A DNA stretch of 35,607 bases. Origin: an uncultured Desulfurococcales archaeon (GTDB lineage Archaea > Thermoproteota > Thermoprotei_A > Sulfolobales > Pyrodictiaceae). Where the stretch lies: contig CAYZCH010000027.1 of assembly GCA_964476405.1 (NCBI GenBank), forward strand, positions 1 to 35,607, read 5' to 3'. The notes under the pieces were generated by a model. It searched no databases. It had not been told where the DNA came from and worked only from the letters and a program-made list of their open reading frames with translations. The position numbers were made by a program, and so were the translations under genes. How positions within the stretch are numbered: the first letter of the stretch is position 1; the number at the start of each line of letters is the position of its first letter. Positions 1 through 7,187 of the stretch are shown here, one piece after another.

Positions 1-2
1 AG

Positions 3-905
3 GCCGGCGCCGCCCAGCCCTGGCTCCTAAGCAGTATAGCAGCCGTGGCGTCCGCGTCACCACTCCTAACCGCCGCCTGCGGCTTCATAGTCGCGGGCTT
101 CAGTGTTAAGGCGGGCCTCTTCCCGGTCTACATGTGGCTCCCAGACGCCTACGCCGAGGCGCCCACGCCGGTCTCCGCGCTGCTCTCAGGCGCACTGACC
201 TACCTGCCGCTCTACGTGCTGCTACGCATACTCCACTGCCTGGCGCCGGCCTCGGGGAGGGCTGTGCTGATGCTCGCCGTCCTGGGGCTGGCGTCGATGC
301 TCTGCGGCGCCGCCGGGATGTATAGGACTGGCGACGCCAAACGCCTCTACGCCTACTCGAGCGTCGAGCACATGGGTGTACTCGCGTTCCTGGCCGCGGC
401 CGCGCTCGGGCTCGGAGCCCCCGAGGTGGCTTTGGCCGCCTTCAACCTCCACGCGATAGGCCACGCCGTCAGCAAGGCCGCAGCATTCGACTCGGCGGGC
501 TTCCTCGAGGAGAGGTACTCGCTGAGGAGCCTAAGCTCCCTCGACCCGGCCGTGGACAGGGTGGCTGGCTGGGGCCTCCTCGGCTTCACGGTGAGCCTCG
601 CCGGCATACCCCCGTTCCCGCTCTTCATAAGCGAGCTCCTCGGCGCCTTCAGCGTGGCCGGCAACGCCGTGCTCTTAACAGCATACATAGTATGCGTGTT
701 CGCCGCATTCACGGCCCTCGCCGTCAGGATCGGCGACATCTACTCCGAGAAGAAGGGCGACGAGGTCGCCCCCGTCAAGGCCCCAGGAGCTGCGGCGGCC
801 AAAGCCGCGATACTCCTCGCCGTGGCCCTCCTACTGGTGATCACACTCCTCTACCTCTCACCCCTCCACCTCCAGGCCCTACTAGCCGCCCCGCCGGGTG
901 CGTAG
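3..905 (+). CDS. Antiporter-like membrane subunit of a group-4 [NiFe]-hydrogenase/complex-I module (HycC/HyfB/CooM, NuoL/M/N family); 5' end lies outside the window
   Basis: The frame is open from base 3, with no stop upstream of the GTG at 45. The protein is very hydrophobic and carries FPVYMWLPDAYAEAPTPVSALLSG, typical of NuoL/M/N-HycC proteins. A HycD/NuoH-like gene follows 2 bp later. Confidence 0.8.
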   Translation, partial: AGAAQPWLLSSIAAVASASPLLTAACGFIVAGFSVKAGLFPVYMWLPDAYAEAPTPVSALLSGALTYLPLYVLLRILHCLAPASGRAVLMLAVLGLASMLCGAAGMYRTGDAKRLYAYSSVEHMGVLAFLAAAALGLGAPEVALAAFNLHAIGHAVSKAAAFDSAGFLEERYSLRSLSSLDPAVDRVAGWGLLGFTVSLAGIPPFPLFISELLGAFSVAGNAVLLTAYIVCVFAAFTALAVRIGDIYSEKKGDEVAPVKAPGAAAAKAAILLAVALLLVITLLYLSPLHLQALLAAPPGA

Positions 906-907
906 CC

Positions 908-1747
908 ATGCAGGCCCAGGAGCTAGCCCTACCCATAGTAGCGGCCGCGGTGACGCTGCTAGCCCCGCCCCTCATGGATGGGCTCAGGAGGAAGGTGTAC
1001 GCCTGGATCCAGCTGAGGGTTGGGCCACCGCTGCTGCAGACATGGTACGACCTAGCCAAGCTGTTCAGGAGGAGGACTACCATGCCGTCTACAGGGAACT
1101 GGCTGTACTACGCCGGCCCGGCCGCCGCACTGATAACGGTGCTCCTAGCAGCCGCGGACGCCGCCTCACCCAGCCTCTCAGCCGTCCTCGGGGGCGTCAT
1201 AGGCTTCTACATGCTGGTCGAGGCCTCCGTGGCCCTCCTAGTGCTCGGCTCCCTGGGGCTCACACCCTACACGAGCATAGGCGGGGTCAGGATGCTGGCG
1301 GTGTCTGGGGCCTCCGGGCTCGGCGTCCTCCTAGGGCTGGCGGGCTACGCGGCCATCAGCCATAACCCGGGGTGCCTGGCCGCCTTCGGGGTGCCGGCGC
1401 TGCCGGCGGCCGCCGCGCTCATCATCGCCGGCGTCGTCGAGCTCGAACTACCCCCCTACAACGTCGCCGAGGCAGGCCCAGAGATAGCCGCTGGCCCCTA
1501 CACGGAGTATCAGGGGCCGCTGCTGGCGGCCGCGCTCATGTCGTCGTGGGGTAGGGGGTACGCGCTGCTCCTCGCAGGCTATACGCTGCTGGCGGGCCCC
1601 CTTGCCGGCATCGCCGCCGCCCTCGCCACGCACGCCGCGTACAGCTTCGTGGCGGGCGTCACGGGGAGGCCTAGGCCGCTGAGGGCCGTGGGGCTGGCCG
1701 CGCTGAGCGTGGCCCTCGGGGCCGCGGCGCTGGCGCTCGCCGCCTAG
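908..1747 (+). CDS. Hydrogenase membrane subunit, HycD/CooK/EchB (NuoH-like)
   Basis: The ATG at 908 comes right after the upstream stop. The N-terminus LMDGLRRKVYAWIQLRVGPPLLQTWYDLAKLFRR matches the NuoH/HycD signature, and the protein is polytopic and hydrophobic. The 692-907 part of the listed ORF overlaps gene 1 and reads as Arg/Pro-rich junk. Confidence 0.8.
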   Translation: MQAQELALPIVAAAVTLLAPPLMDGLRRKVYAWIQLRVGPPLLQTWYDLAKLFRRRTTMPSTGNWLYYAGPAAALITVLLAAADAASPSLSAVLGGVIGFYMLVEASVALLVLGSLGLTPYTSIGGVRMLAVSGASGLGVLLGLAGYAAISHNPGCLAAFGVPALPAAAALIIAGVVELELPPYNVAEAGPEIAAGPYTEYQGPLLAAALMSSWGRGYALLLAGYTLLAGPLAGIAAALATHAAYSFVAGVTGRPRPLRAVGLAALSVALGAAALALAA

Positions 1748-2784
1748 CCGCCGAGCGTTTTCTTGACCTCAAGGTACCTCTTCACTATCGCCTCCCCGAG
1801 CGGGGTCAGTATAGTGTAGCCTCCTCCCCTGCCGCCGCGGTGGCCCTCGAGCAGCCTACCCCCTATCCTCTCCTCGATCTTCTTTATGGCCGAGGCTATG
1901 TATGATGGTTTCAGCCCGAGGGTCCTGCACGCCGCCCTCAGGCTGTGGAGCATTGACACCACCACGAGCACCTCCAGTACCTGCTCGGGTATCCTCACGC
2001 CGCCGCACTCTATCTCGACCCTCACCCTTATCGGTGGGAGGGCCTCCCTGCCGCCGTGGCTGCAGGGGGCGGAGGCTAGCCTGACGAGGTCGGTTATCTT
2101 CGCCCTCTCGAGTGGAACCCCCTGGCCCTGTGGGGCGGTCAGCGGGCACTTGTAGGCGGTGCAGCCGTCTATGTAGAGCTTCCTGCAGTTGTAGGGGCAT
2201 GGGGGCTCGAGCAGGGTGACCGCCCTGCCGCCGGCGTACGCCCTCCTCGCCGCGTAGCCGTACAGTAGGCCGAAGGGGAGGCCCACCCTGTCAAGCAGCT
2301 TCCTGGCCTCCGCGACCACCCTTGGGTCGAAGGGCTTGTAGAGCCTGGGTGCTACACGTATCCTGACGGGCAGCCCGTTGACCTCCAGCTGGGAGGCTAT
2401 CTCGACGCTCCTCTTAGCCTCGTCTATGGAGGTGTAGGCGTAGAGTATTGAGAGCTCCTCCACCCCCTGCTCGTAAAGCATCCTGAGCGACTCGACCGCC
2501 TCACCAAGGTTAGAGGAGGGGGTTAGGACTAGCAGAACCTCCGTGTTCGGCGCACCATAGGTCTTGACGAGGCCGGCGACCCTCCTCACCATGGACGGCG
2601 GCGTCGAGACGACAAGCTTCCTGCTAAGATCCGCCGCGAGCCTGAATACGCCGGGTGTCAGGTGCTCGGGGCTCCACTCGAGAACCAGCGTCTCCCTTGG
2701 GTAGAGGGAGTCGAGTACCTCCTCTAGCCAGTCCTCCCTCATGGGCGTCGTGATGCGGAGGATGAGGGTGTCGAGGGCCGGCAT
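1744..2784 (-). CDS. Putative CO-responsive transcription regulator (CorR-like): unknown N-terminal domain, Cys-rich segment, and C-terminal ModE/LysR-type winged HTH
   Basis: The C-terminus SMLHSLRAACRTLGLKPSYIASAIKKIEERIGGRLLEGHRGGRGGGYTILTPLGEAI fits the ModE-N/LysR HTH pattern. Cys residues lie at aa 196, 200, 208, 213, 241 and 260. The start abuts the V4R gene (ATG directly follows its TAA), and the gene sits next to cooFS. Confidence 0.6.
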   Translation of the reverse strand: MPALDTLILRITTPMREDWLEEVLDSLYPRETLVLEWSPEHLTPGVFRLAADLSRKLVVSTPPSMVRRVAGLVKTYGAPNTEVLLVLTPSSNLGEAVESLRMLYEQGVEELSILYAYTSIDEAKRSVEIASQLEVNGLPVRIRVAPRLYKPFDPRVVAEARKLLDRVGLPFGLLYGYAARRAYAGGRAVTLLEPPCPYNCRKLYIDGCTAYKCPLTAPQGQGVPLERAKITDLVRLASAPCSHGGREALPPIRVRVEIECGGVRIPEQVLEVLVVVSMLHSLRAACRTLGLKPSYIASAIKKIEERIGGRLLEGHRGGRGGGYTILTPLGEAIVKRYLEVKKTLGG

Positions 2785-3375
2785 TTACGCTGCCCTCACT
2801 ACCACCATGAACTGGCAGTAGGGGTCTCCCCTCAGCCAGCAGCTAGTCTCCCTGACTGTCGGTGCTGCACGCATCACGGACTCGACGAGGTACTCTATTA
2901 TGCCGGCCTCCCACTCGCACATAGTCCCCCCTATGCCTATGGAGGGGGTGAGCCCGCTGCAGGATAGGCAGTCGTAGACCCTGAATATGCACCTACCCCT
3001 CCTGCAGCCGAGGAAGTCGAAGAGGCCTATACCCCTCCTCGCGAGCTCGATCCCCGCCTCGACGAAGTCGTCGATGGGGCCGAGGGTCTTCTCAGCATAC
3101 ACGTACCCTGCCCTCCTGACCAGCATCCTGCCGAGGACGGGGTCCGCCATGTATAGTGTGACTAGAAGCCTCCTGTGCGCGGCTGTGACCGCCTTGTCGC
3201 TGGCGCCGTGTATCCTCTGCGCGAAGAACGCCCTCGGCTTCAAGCCGCCGAGCCTCCTAGGATCCTTCACCCTCCTCCACTTCTCCACAGCCTCCCTGAA
3301 CTCCCCCCTACCCACCCTGTACTCCACGTCATCGACTATCTTCTCGAAAAGCCTTATCTTATCGGCTGTATGCAC
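2785..3375 (-). CDS. V4R (4-vinyl reductase) domain protein, CorQ-like sensor partner
   Basis: The C-terminal half YDCLSCSG...MCEWEAGIIEYLVESV...VRETSCWLRGDPYCQFMVVV matches the V4R pattern (E-x-x-C-x-x-x-G-D-x-x-C-x-F). It has a GTG start, is divergent from cooF, and is tightly coupled to the downstream HTH gene. Confidence 0.65.
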   Translation of the reverse strand: MHTADKIRLFEKIVDDVEYRVGRGEFREAVEKWRRVKDPRRLGGLKPRAFFAQRIHGASDKAVTAAHRRLLVTLYMADPVLGRMLVRRAGYVYAEKTLGPIDDFVEAGIELARRGIGLFDFLGCRRGRCIFRVYDCLSCSGLTPSIGIGGTMCEWEAGIIEYLVESVMRAAPTVRETSCWLRGDPYCQFMVVVRAA

Positions 3376-3425
3376 GTCCCATACCCCACAGTAGCTATAC
3401 GTTTCGCTAGGTGAAGATAAAGCTT

Positions 3426-3458
3426 ACCATTATCTCCATGCATCTATGGTCAACCATG
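3426..3458. promoter_or_regulatory. Candidate operator: phased CCAT/ATGG repeats with two overlapping palindromes
   Basis: ACCAT lies at 3426, CCATG at 3436, ATGGT at 3446 and ACCATG at 3453, spaced about one helical turn apart. ATGGT-CA-ACCAT spans 3446-3457 and CCAT-N6-ATGG spans 3436-3449. The element sits in the corQ/cooF divergent intergenic region. Confidence 0.4.
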
Positions 3459-3508
3459 CTCGTCTACGTCGACGGGCCTCGTATACATTAGGTGGTTAAC
3501 TCGACCCG

Positions 3509-3516
3509 ATTATAAG
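3509..3516 (+). promoter_or_regulatory. TATA box for cooF-cooS (near-leaderless transcript)
   Basis: ATTATAAG is centred about 29 bp upstream of the GTG at 3542, within an AT-rich patch of an otherwise GC-rich sequence. Confidence 0.5.
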
Positions 3517-3541
3517 TATTCAAGAGTCCACAACCTACACG

Positions 3542-4105
3542 GTGTGGCTAGTGGCTCCAGCGACACGTGCACAGTACATCATCTACATCGACTACGAGAG
3601 GTGCACTGGCTGTAGGAGCTGCGAGATAGCCTGCGCCGTCGCCCACTCAGCCACCAAGAGCATCTACACGGCGCCTAGGGAGAAGCCTAGGCCGAAGCCG
3701 AGGATAAGGGTGTTCAGGGTCGGGGAGCTGAACGTGCCGATGAGGTGCCTCCACTGCGCCAACGCCCCATGCGTCCGCGTCTGCCCGACAGGCGCGATGC
3801 ACTACACCGAGGAGGGCTTCGTCGTGGTCGACGAGGTCAAGTGTATAGGCTGTGGCCTCTGCACCCTCGTCTGCCCCATAGGGCACCCATACGTGGACCC
3901 GGAGACCGGGAAGGCTGTGAAGTGCACGTTCTGCTACAAGCGTATACGTGAGGGGAGGCTGCCGGCCTGCGTCGAGGCGTGCCCCGTCGACGCGCTGATC
4001 TTCGGCAAGACGAGCGAGGTGCTCGAGGAGGTCAGGGCCAGGAAGGCCTCCGTCCTAGCCCAGGCCTACCTCCTGGGGAGGGACATCCTCCCCAGCCCAG
4101 CCTAG
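3542..4105 (+). CDS. cooF: CooF-type iron-sulfur electron-transfer protein (4x[4Fe-4S] ferredoxin-like)
   Basis: It carries four Cys clusters: CTGCRSCEIAC, CLHCANAPCVRVCP, CIGCGLCTLVCP and CTFCYKRI...CVEACP. It lies directly upstream of cooS. Confidence 0.85.
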   Translation: MWLVAPATRAQYIIYIDYERCTGCRSCEIACAVAHSATKSIYTAPREKPRPKPRIRVFRVGELNVPMRCLHCANAPCVRVCPTGAMHYTEEGFVVVDEVKCIGCGLCTLVCPIGHPYVDPETGKAVKCTFCYKRIREGRLPACVEACPVDALIFGKTSEVLEEVRARKASVLAQAYLLGRDILPSPA

Positions 4106-4109
4106 ACCC

Positions 4110-6032
4110 GTGCCCGGGAGGTGTGCCCCCGTGAAGTCCCCCAAGTCCCTCAGGATAAAGCCGGAGGACGTCACGACCGTCAAGGGCCTTGACAAGCTCA
4201 TATACAAGGCTGAGGAGGAGGGCGTCGAGCTAGCCTGGCACAGGTTCATGAAGCAGCAGCCCCAGTGCGGCTTCGGCCTCCTAGGGATATGCTGTAGGAA
4301 CTGCGCTATGGGGCCGTGCAGGATCAACCCGTTCGGCGGCGAGCCAAGCAGGGGCGTCTGCGGGGCCACCGCCGACACTATAGTGGCGAGGAACCTCATT
4401 AGGATGATAGCGGCTGGCGCCGCCGCGCACAGCGACCACGCCAGGGACATACTCTACGTGTTCCGCGACGTGGTGTGGGGTAGGAACAAGGCGTACAAGA
4501 TAACCGACCCGGAGAAGCTCAAGTGGGTGGCGGGCAAGCTGGGGGTCAAGGTAGTCGGCCGCAACATCATGGAGATCGGCAGGGACGTCGCCGCGATACT
4601 GGAGAAGGAGTTCGGTAAGCAGGACGAGGAGCCCTTGGCGCTCGTGAAGGCGCTGGCGCCGAAGAAGAGGCTGGCGGTGTGGATGAAGGCCGGGATATGC
4701 CCGAGGAACATAGACAGGGAGATAGTAGAGATAATGCACCGCACCCACATGGGTGTAGACGCTGACCCCGTCAGCCTCATAGCACAGGGCGCCAGGGCGG
4801 CGCTGGCCGACGGCTGGAGCGGCTCGATGATGGCCACCCTCCTAAGCGACATAATGTTCGGCACCCCGAAGCCCGTCAAGGCCGTAGCCAACCTGGGTGT
4901 ACTGAAGGAGGACTACGTCAACATCATAGTGCACGGCCACAACCCGCTGCTATCAATGAAGATAGTGGAGGCCGCGATGAGCAAGGAGATGCAGGAGCTA
5001 GCGAGGAAGTATGGGGCTAAGGGAGTCAACGTGGCCGGCATGTGCTGCACGGGGAACGAGGTGTTGATGAGGCTCGGCGTACCAATAGCAGGGAGCATGC
5101 TTATGCAGGAGCTAGCAATAGTTACGGGGGCCGTTGAAGCCGTGGTAGCCGACTACCAGTGTATAATGCCTGCGCTAGTCACCGTCGCCCAGTGCTACCA
5201 CACCAAGCTCATAACCACGGAGAAGAAGGCGAAGATACCGGGGGCGCTACACATAGAGTTCGACCCCGCGAGGGCGGACGAGTGCGCCAGGGAGATAGTG
5301 AGGATAGCGATTGAGAACTACCAGAACAGGGTGCCCGAGAAGGTGTTCATACCGAAGGAGAAGGTGGAGCTGGTGGCGGGCTTCAGCGTCGAGGCAATAC
5401 TCGCCGCCCTAGGCGGCACCCTCAAGCCGCTCGCCGACGCGCTGAGGTCGGGAGTGATAAAGGGTGTCGTCGGCATAGTGGGCTGCAACAACCCGAAGGT
5501 CAAGCACACCTACGGCCACGTCGAGCTGACAAAGGAGCTCATAAAGAGGGACATACTGGTAGTCGGCACAGGCTGCTGGGCGATAGCCGCCGCCCTCCAC
5601 GGCCTCCTCACGCCGAAGGCCGCCTCGATGGCAGGGCCCGGCCTGCGCAGGCTATGCAGCAAGCTCGGCATACCGCCAGCGCTACACATGGGCAGCTGCG
5701 TCGACTGCAGCCGCATGCTCCTGCTCCTCGGCATGCTGGCCGACGAGCTAGGCGTCGACATCTCAGACCTCCCGGTGGCCGGCTCGGCCCCGGAGTGGAT
5801 GAGCGAGAAGGCCGTGAGCATAGGAACCTACTTCGTCGCGAGCGGGGTACTGGTGCACCTCGGAGTCGTGCCGCCAGTGCTGGGGAGCGAGAAGGTCACG
5901 AAGATACTGACCGAGGATCTCGAGTCCATAGTAGGGGCAAGGTTCTACGTCGAGACGGACCCGAAGAAGGCCGCCGAGTACATAGCCGAGTACATCGAGG
6001 AGAAGAGGAGGAAGCTGGGCTGGCCCGCCTAA
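4110..6032 (+). CDS. cooS: Anaerobic Ni,Fe carbon monoxide dehydrogenase catalytic subunit
   Basis: The N-terminus has QPQCGFGLLGICCRNCAMGPCRI (B/D-cluster region). The length is about 635 aa and CooS-like sequence runs throughout. The more likely start is the GTG at 4131, 8 nt after GGAGGTG. Confidence 0.9.
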   Translation: MPGRCAPVKSPKSLRIKPEDVTTVKGLDKLIYKAEEEGVELAWHRFMKQQPQCGFGLLGICCRNCAMGPCRINPFGGEPSRGVCGATADTIVARNLIRMIAAGAAAHSDHARDILYVFRDVVWGRNKAYKITDPEKLKWVAGKLGVKVVGRNIMEIGRDVAAILEKEFGKQDEEPLALVKALAPKKRLAVWMKAGICPRNIDREIVEIMHRTHMGVDADPVSLIAQGARAALADGWSGSMMATLLSDIMFGTPKPVKAVANLGVLKEDYVNIIVHGHNPLLSMKIVEAAMSKEMQELARKYGAKGVNVAGMCCTGNEVLMRLGVPIAGSMLMQELAIVTGAVEAVVADYQCIMPALVTVAQCYHTKLITTEKKAKIPGALHIEFDPARADECAREIVRIAIENYQNRVPEKVFIPKEKVELVAGFSVEAILAALGGTLKPLADALRSGVIKGVVGIVGCNNPKVKHTYGHVELTKELIKRDILVVGTGCWAIAAALHGLLTPKAASMAGPGLRRLCSKLGIPPALHMGSCVDCSRMLLLLGMLADELGVDISDLPVAGSAPEWMSEKAVSIGTYFVASGVLVHLGVVPPVLGSEKVTKILTEDLESIVGARFYVETDPKKAAEYIAEYIEEKRRKLGWPA

Positions 6033-6037
6033 GGCAG

Positions 6038-6044
6038 TCTTTTT
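6038..6044 (+). terminator. Oligo-T tract after cooS (archaeal-type termination signal)
   Basis: TCTTTTT begins 6 nt after the cooS TAA stop. It is followed by a TGTACA-N8-TGTACA hairpin at 6059-6078 and a gap of about 128 bp before cooC. Confidence 0.4.
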
Positions 6045-6160
6045 CCCCTCCAAACTCCTGTACATTAGTTGATGTACACGGCTGAAGCACGTGTAGATGC
6101 TCCTCCATCGCTAGCTCGGCTTATCCGAGGGTGCCGTGTTTAGGGTCTAGAGATGGGTGG

Positions 6161-6994
6161 ATGGTTATCCGGCAGGAGCCCTTCAAGATAATAGTTGCCG
6201 GTAAAGGGGGAGTCGGTAAGACGACGGTCAGCGCCTCGCTGGCGATCATGCTCGCCAAGAGGGGGCATAGGGTAGTCGCTCTCGACACAGACTCGGTTCC
6301 AAACCTTGCCCTGAGCCTAGGCATCCCGCCGGAGGAGGCTTCGAGGATAACCCCCCTGGTCGAGAACACTGAGCTCGTCGAGGAGAGGACTGGGGCCAGG
6401 CCTGGAGGGGGGTGGGGGCTCCTCTTCACCCTCACGCCCAGGGTCGACGACATACTCGACAGGTACGGTGTCGAGGCCAGGCATGGGGTTAGGCTGGTCG
6501 TTGTCGGGGGTATAACGAAGCCTGGTGAGGGGTGCCTCTGCCCCTCCATAGCCCTCGCCAAGGCGTTCCTCGCGCACGTGTTCAGGAGCTTTGAGGGCGT
6601 AGTGATAGTCGACTCGGAGGCGGGCGCGGAGGTGTTCGGTAGGGGGCTGGCCGAGTACTTCGACCTCATGGTGGCGGTCTCGGAGCCCACCGTGAGGAGC
6701 CTCTCGATAACCAGGAGGCTCATAGAGCTGGCGAGGGGGCTGAGCGTTAAGAGGTTCGTCGTGCTGCTGAACAAGGTGAAGGACGAGCTGGCCGCCAAGA
6801 AGCTCTACGAGAAGGTGATGGGCGACCTAGGCGTCCCCGTGTTCACAGCCCCCTACGACCCTGTACTTGAGGAGTACGAGTCGAGGGGCTTGAGCGTGGC
6901 CGATCTCCCGGACGACTCGGAGCTCTTTTTAGCATTATCCAGCCTCGTCTCCTATATAGAGTCCCTGGTCAAGGGGGAGGGTAGGCGTGTGTGA
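6161..6994 (+). CDS. cooC: CooC-type Ni-insertion ATPase (MinD/ParA-class P-loop) for CODH maturation
   Basis: It has IIVAGKGGVGKTT (deviant Walker A) and the Cys-x-Cys metal motif EGCLCPS. The ATG at 6161 gives a canonical N-terminus, although the ORF is open from the GTG at 6131. Confidence 0.85.
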   Translation: MVIRQEPFKIIVAGKGGVGKTTVSASLAIMLAKRGHRVVALDTDSVPNLALSLGIPPEEASRITPLVENTELVEERTGARPGGGWGLLFTLTPRVDDILDRYGVEARHGVRLVVVGGITKPGEGCLCPSIALAKAFLAHVFRSFEGVVIVDSEAGAEVFGRGLAEYFDLMVAVSEPTVRSLSITRRLIELARGLSVKRFVVLLNKVKDELAAKKLYEKVMGDLGVPVFTAPYDPVLEEYESRGLSVADLPDDSELFLALSSLVSYIESLVKGEGRRV

Positions 6995-7184
6995 GTCGAA
7001 GATAGTCGTCAGGAGGGATTCGGGGGAGGAGGTGCTGGCCGACGAGGTCGCGGCCCTGAAGCCCGGGGAGGCCAAAGCCTACCTGGTTGACGGGAGAGTG
7101 GTCGACCTGAGCGGCTACACCATAGAGTTGATAGACTTCATCAGGCACCGCGTCTACGTTAAGCCCGCCGGGGGGAGATCCTAG
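6987..7184 (+). CDS. cooT: CooT-family small nickel-binding CODH accessory protein
   Basis: The 65-aa product starts Met-Cys (MCESKIVV...) and ends ...IELIDFIRHRVYVKP. This resembles the CooT pattern, with an N-terminal Cys2 Ni ligand and a C-terminal IDxxxHxI motif. The gene overlaps cooC by 8 nt. Confidence 0.7.
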   Translation: MCESKIVVRRDSGEEVLADEVAALKPGEAKAYLVDGRVVDLSGYTIELIDFIRHRVYVKPAGGRS

Positions 7185-7187
7185 GCT

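Noticed and set aside
692-907. N-terminal 72 codons of the listed ORF 692..1747
   Set aside because: This part overlaps the end of the HycC-like gene in another frame and translates to Arg/Pro/Gly-rich junk. The recognisable HycD/NuoH N-terminus begins at the ATG at 908.
6070-6086. Possible C/D-box sRNA (TGATGT ... CTGA) in the cooS-cooC gap
   Set aside because: The C-like box is imperfect and lies only 6 nt from the CTGA. No second C'/D pair or terminal stem is present on either strand.
6121-6798. Long antisense or off-frame ORFs throughout the window (for example 353..739, 4454..4891, 6121..6798, 7224..7889, 8713..9204, 12952..13395, 14006..14554, 16541..17347, 18436..19513, 19865..20350, 26991..27512, 27779..28336, 29470..29985, 31076..31744, 33980..34582, 34924..35409)
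   Set aside because: These are GC-rich shadow ORFs. They lie entirely inside strongly supported genes and have Arg/Pro/Gly/Ala- or Ser/Thr-rich low-complexity translations with no recognisable motifs.
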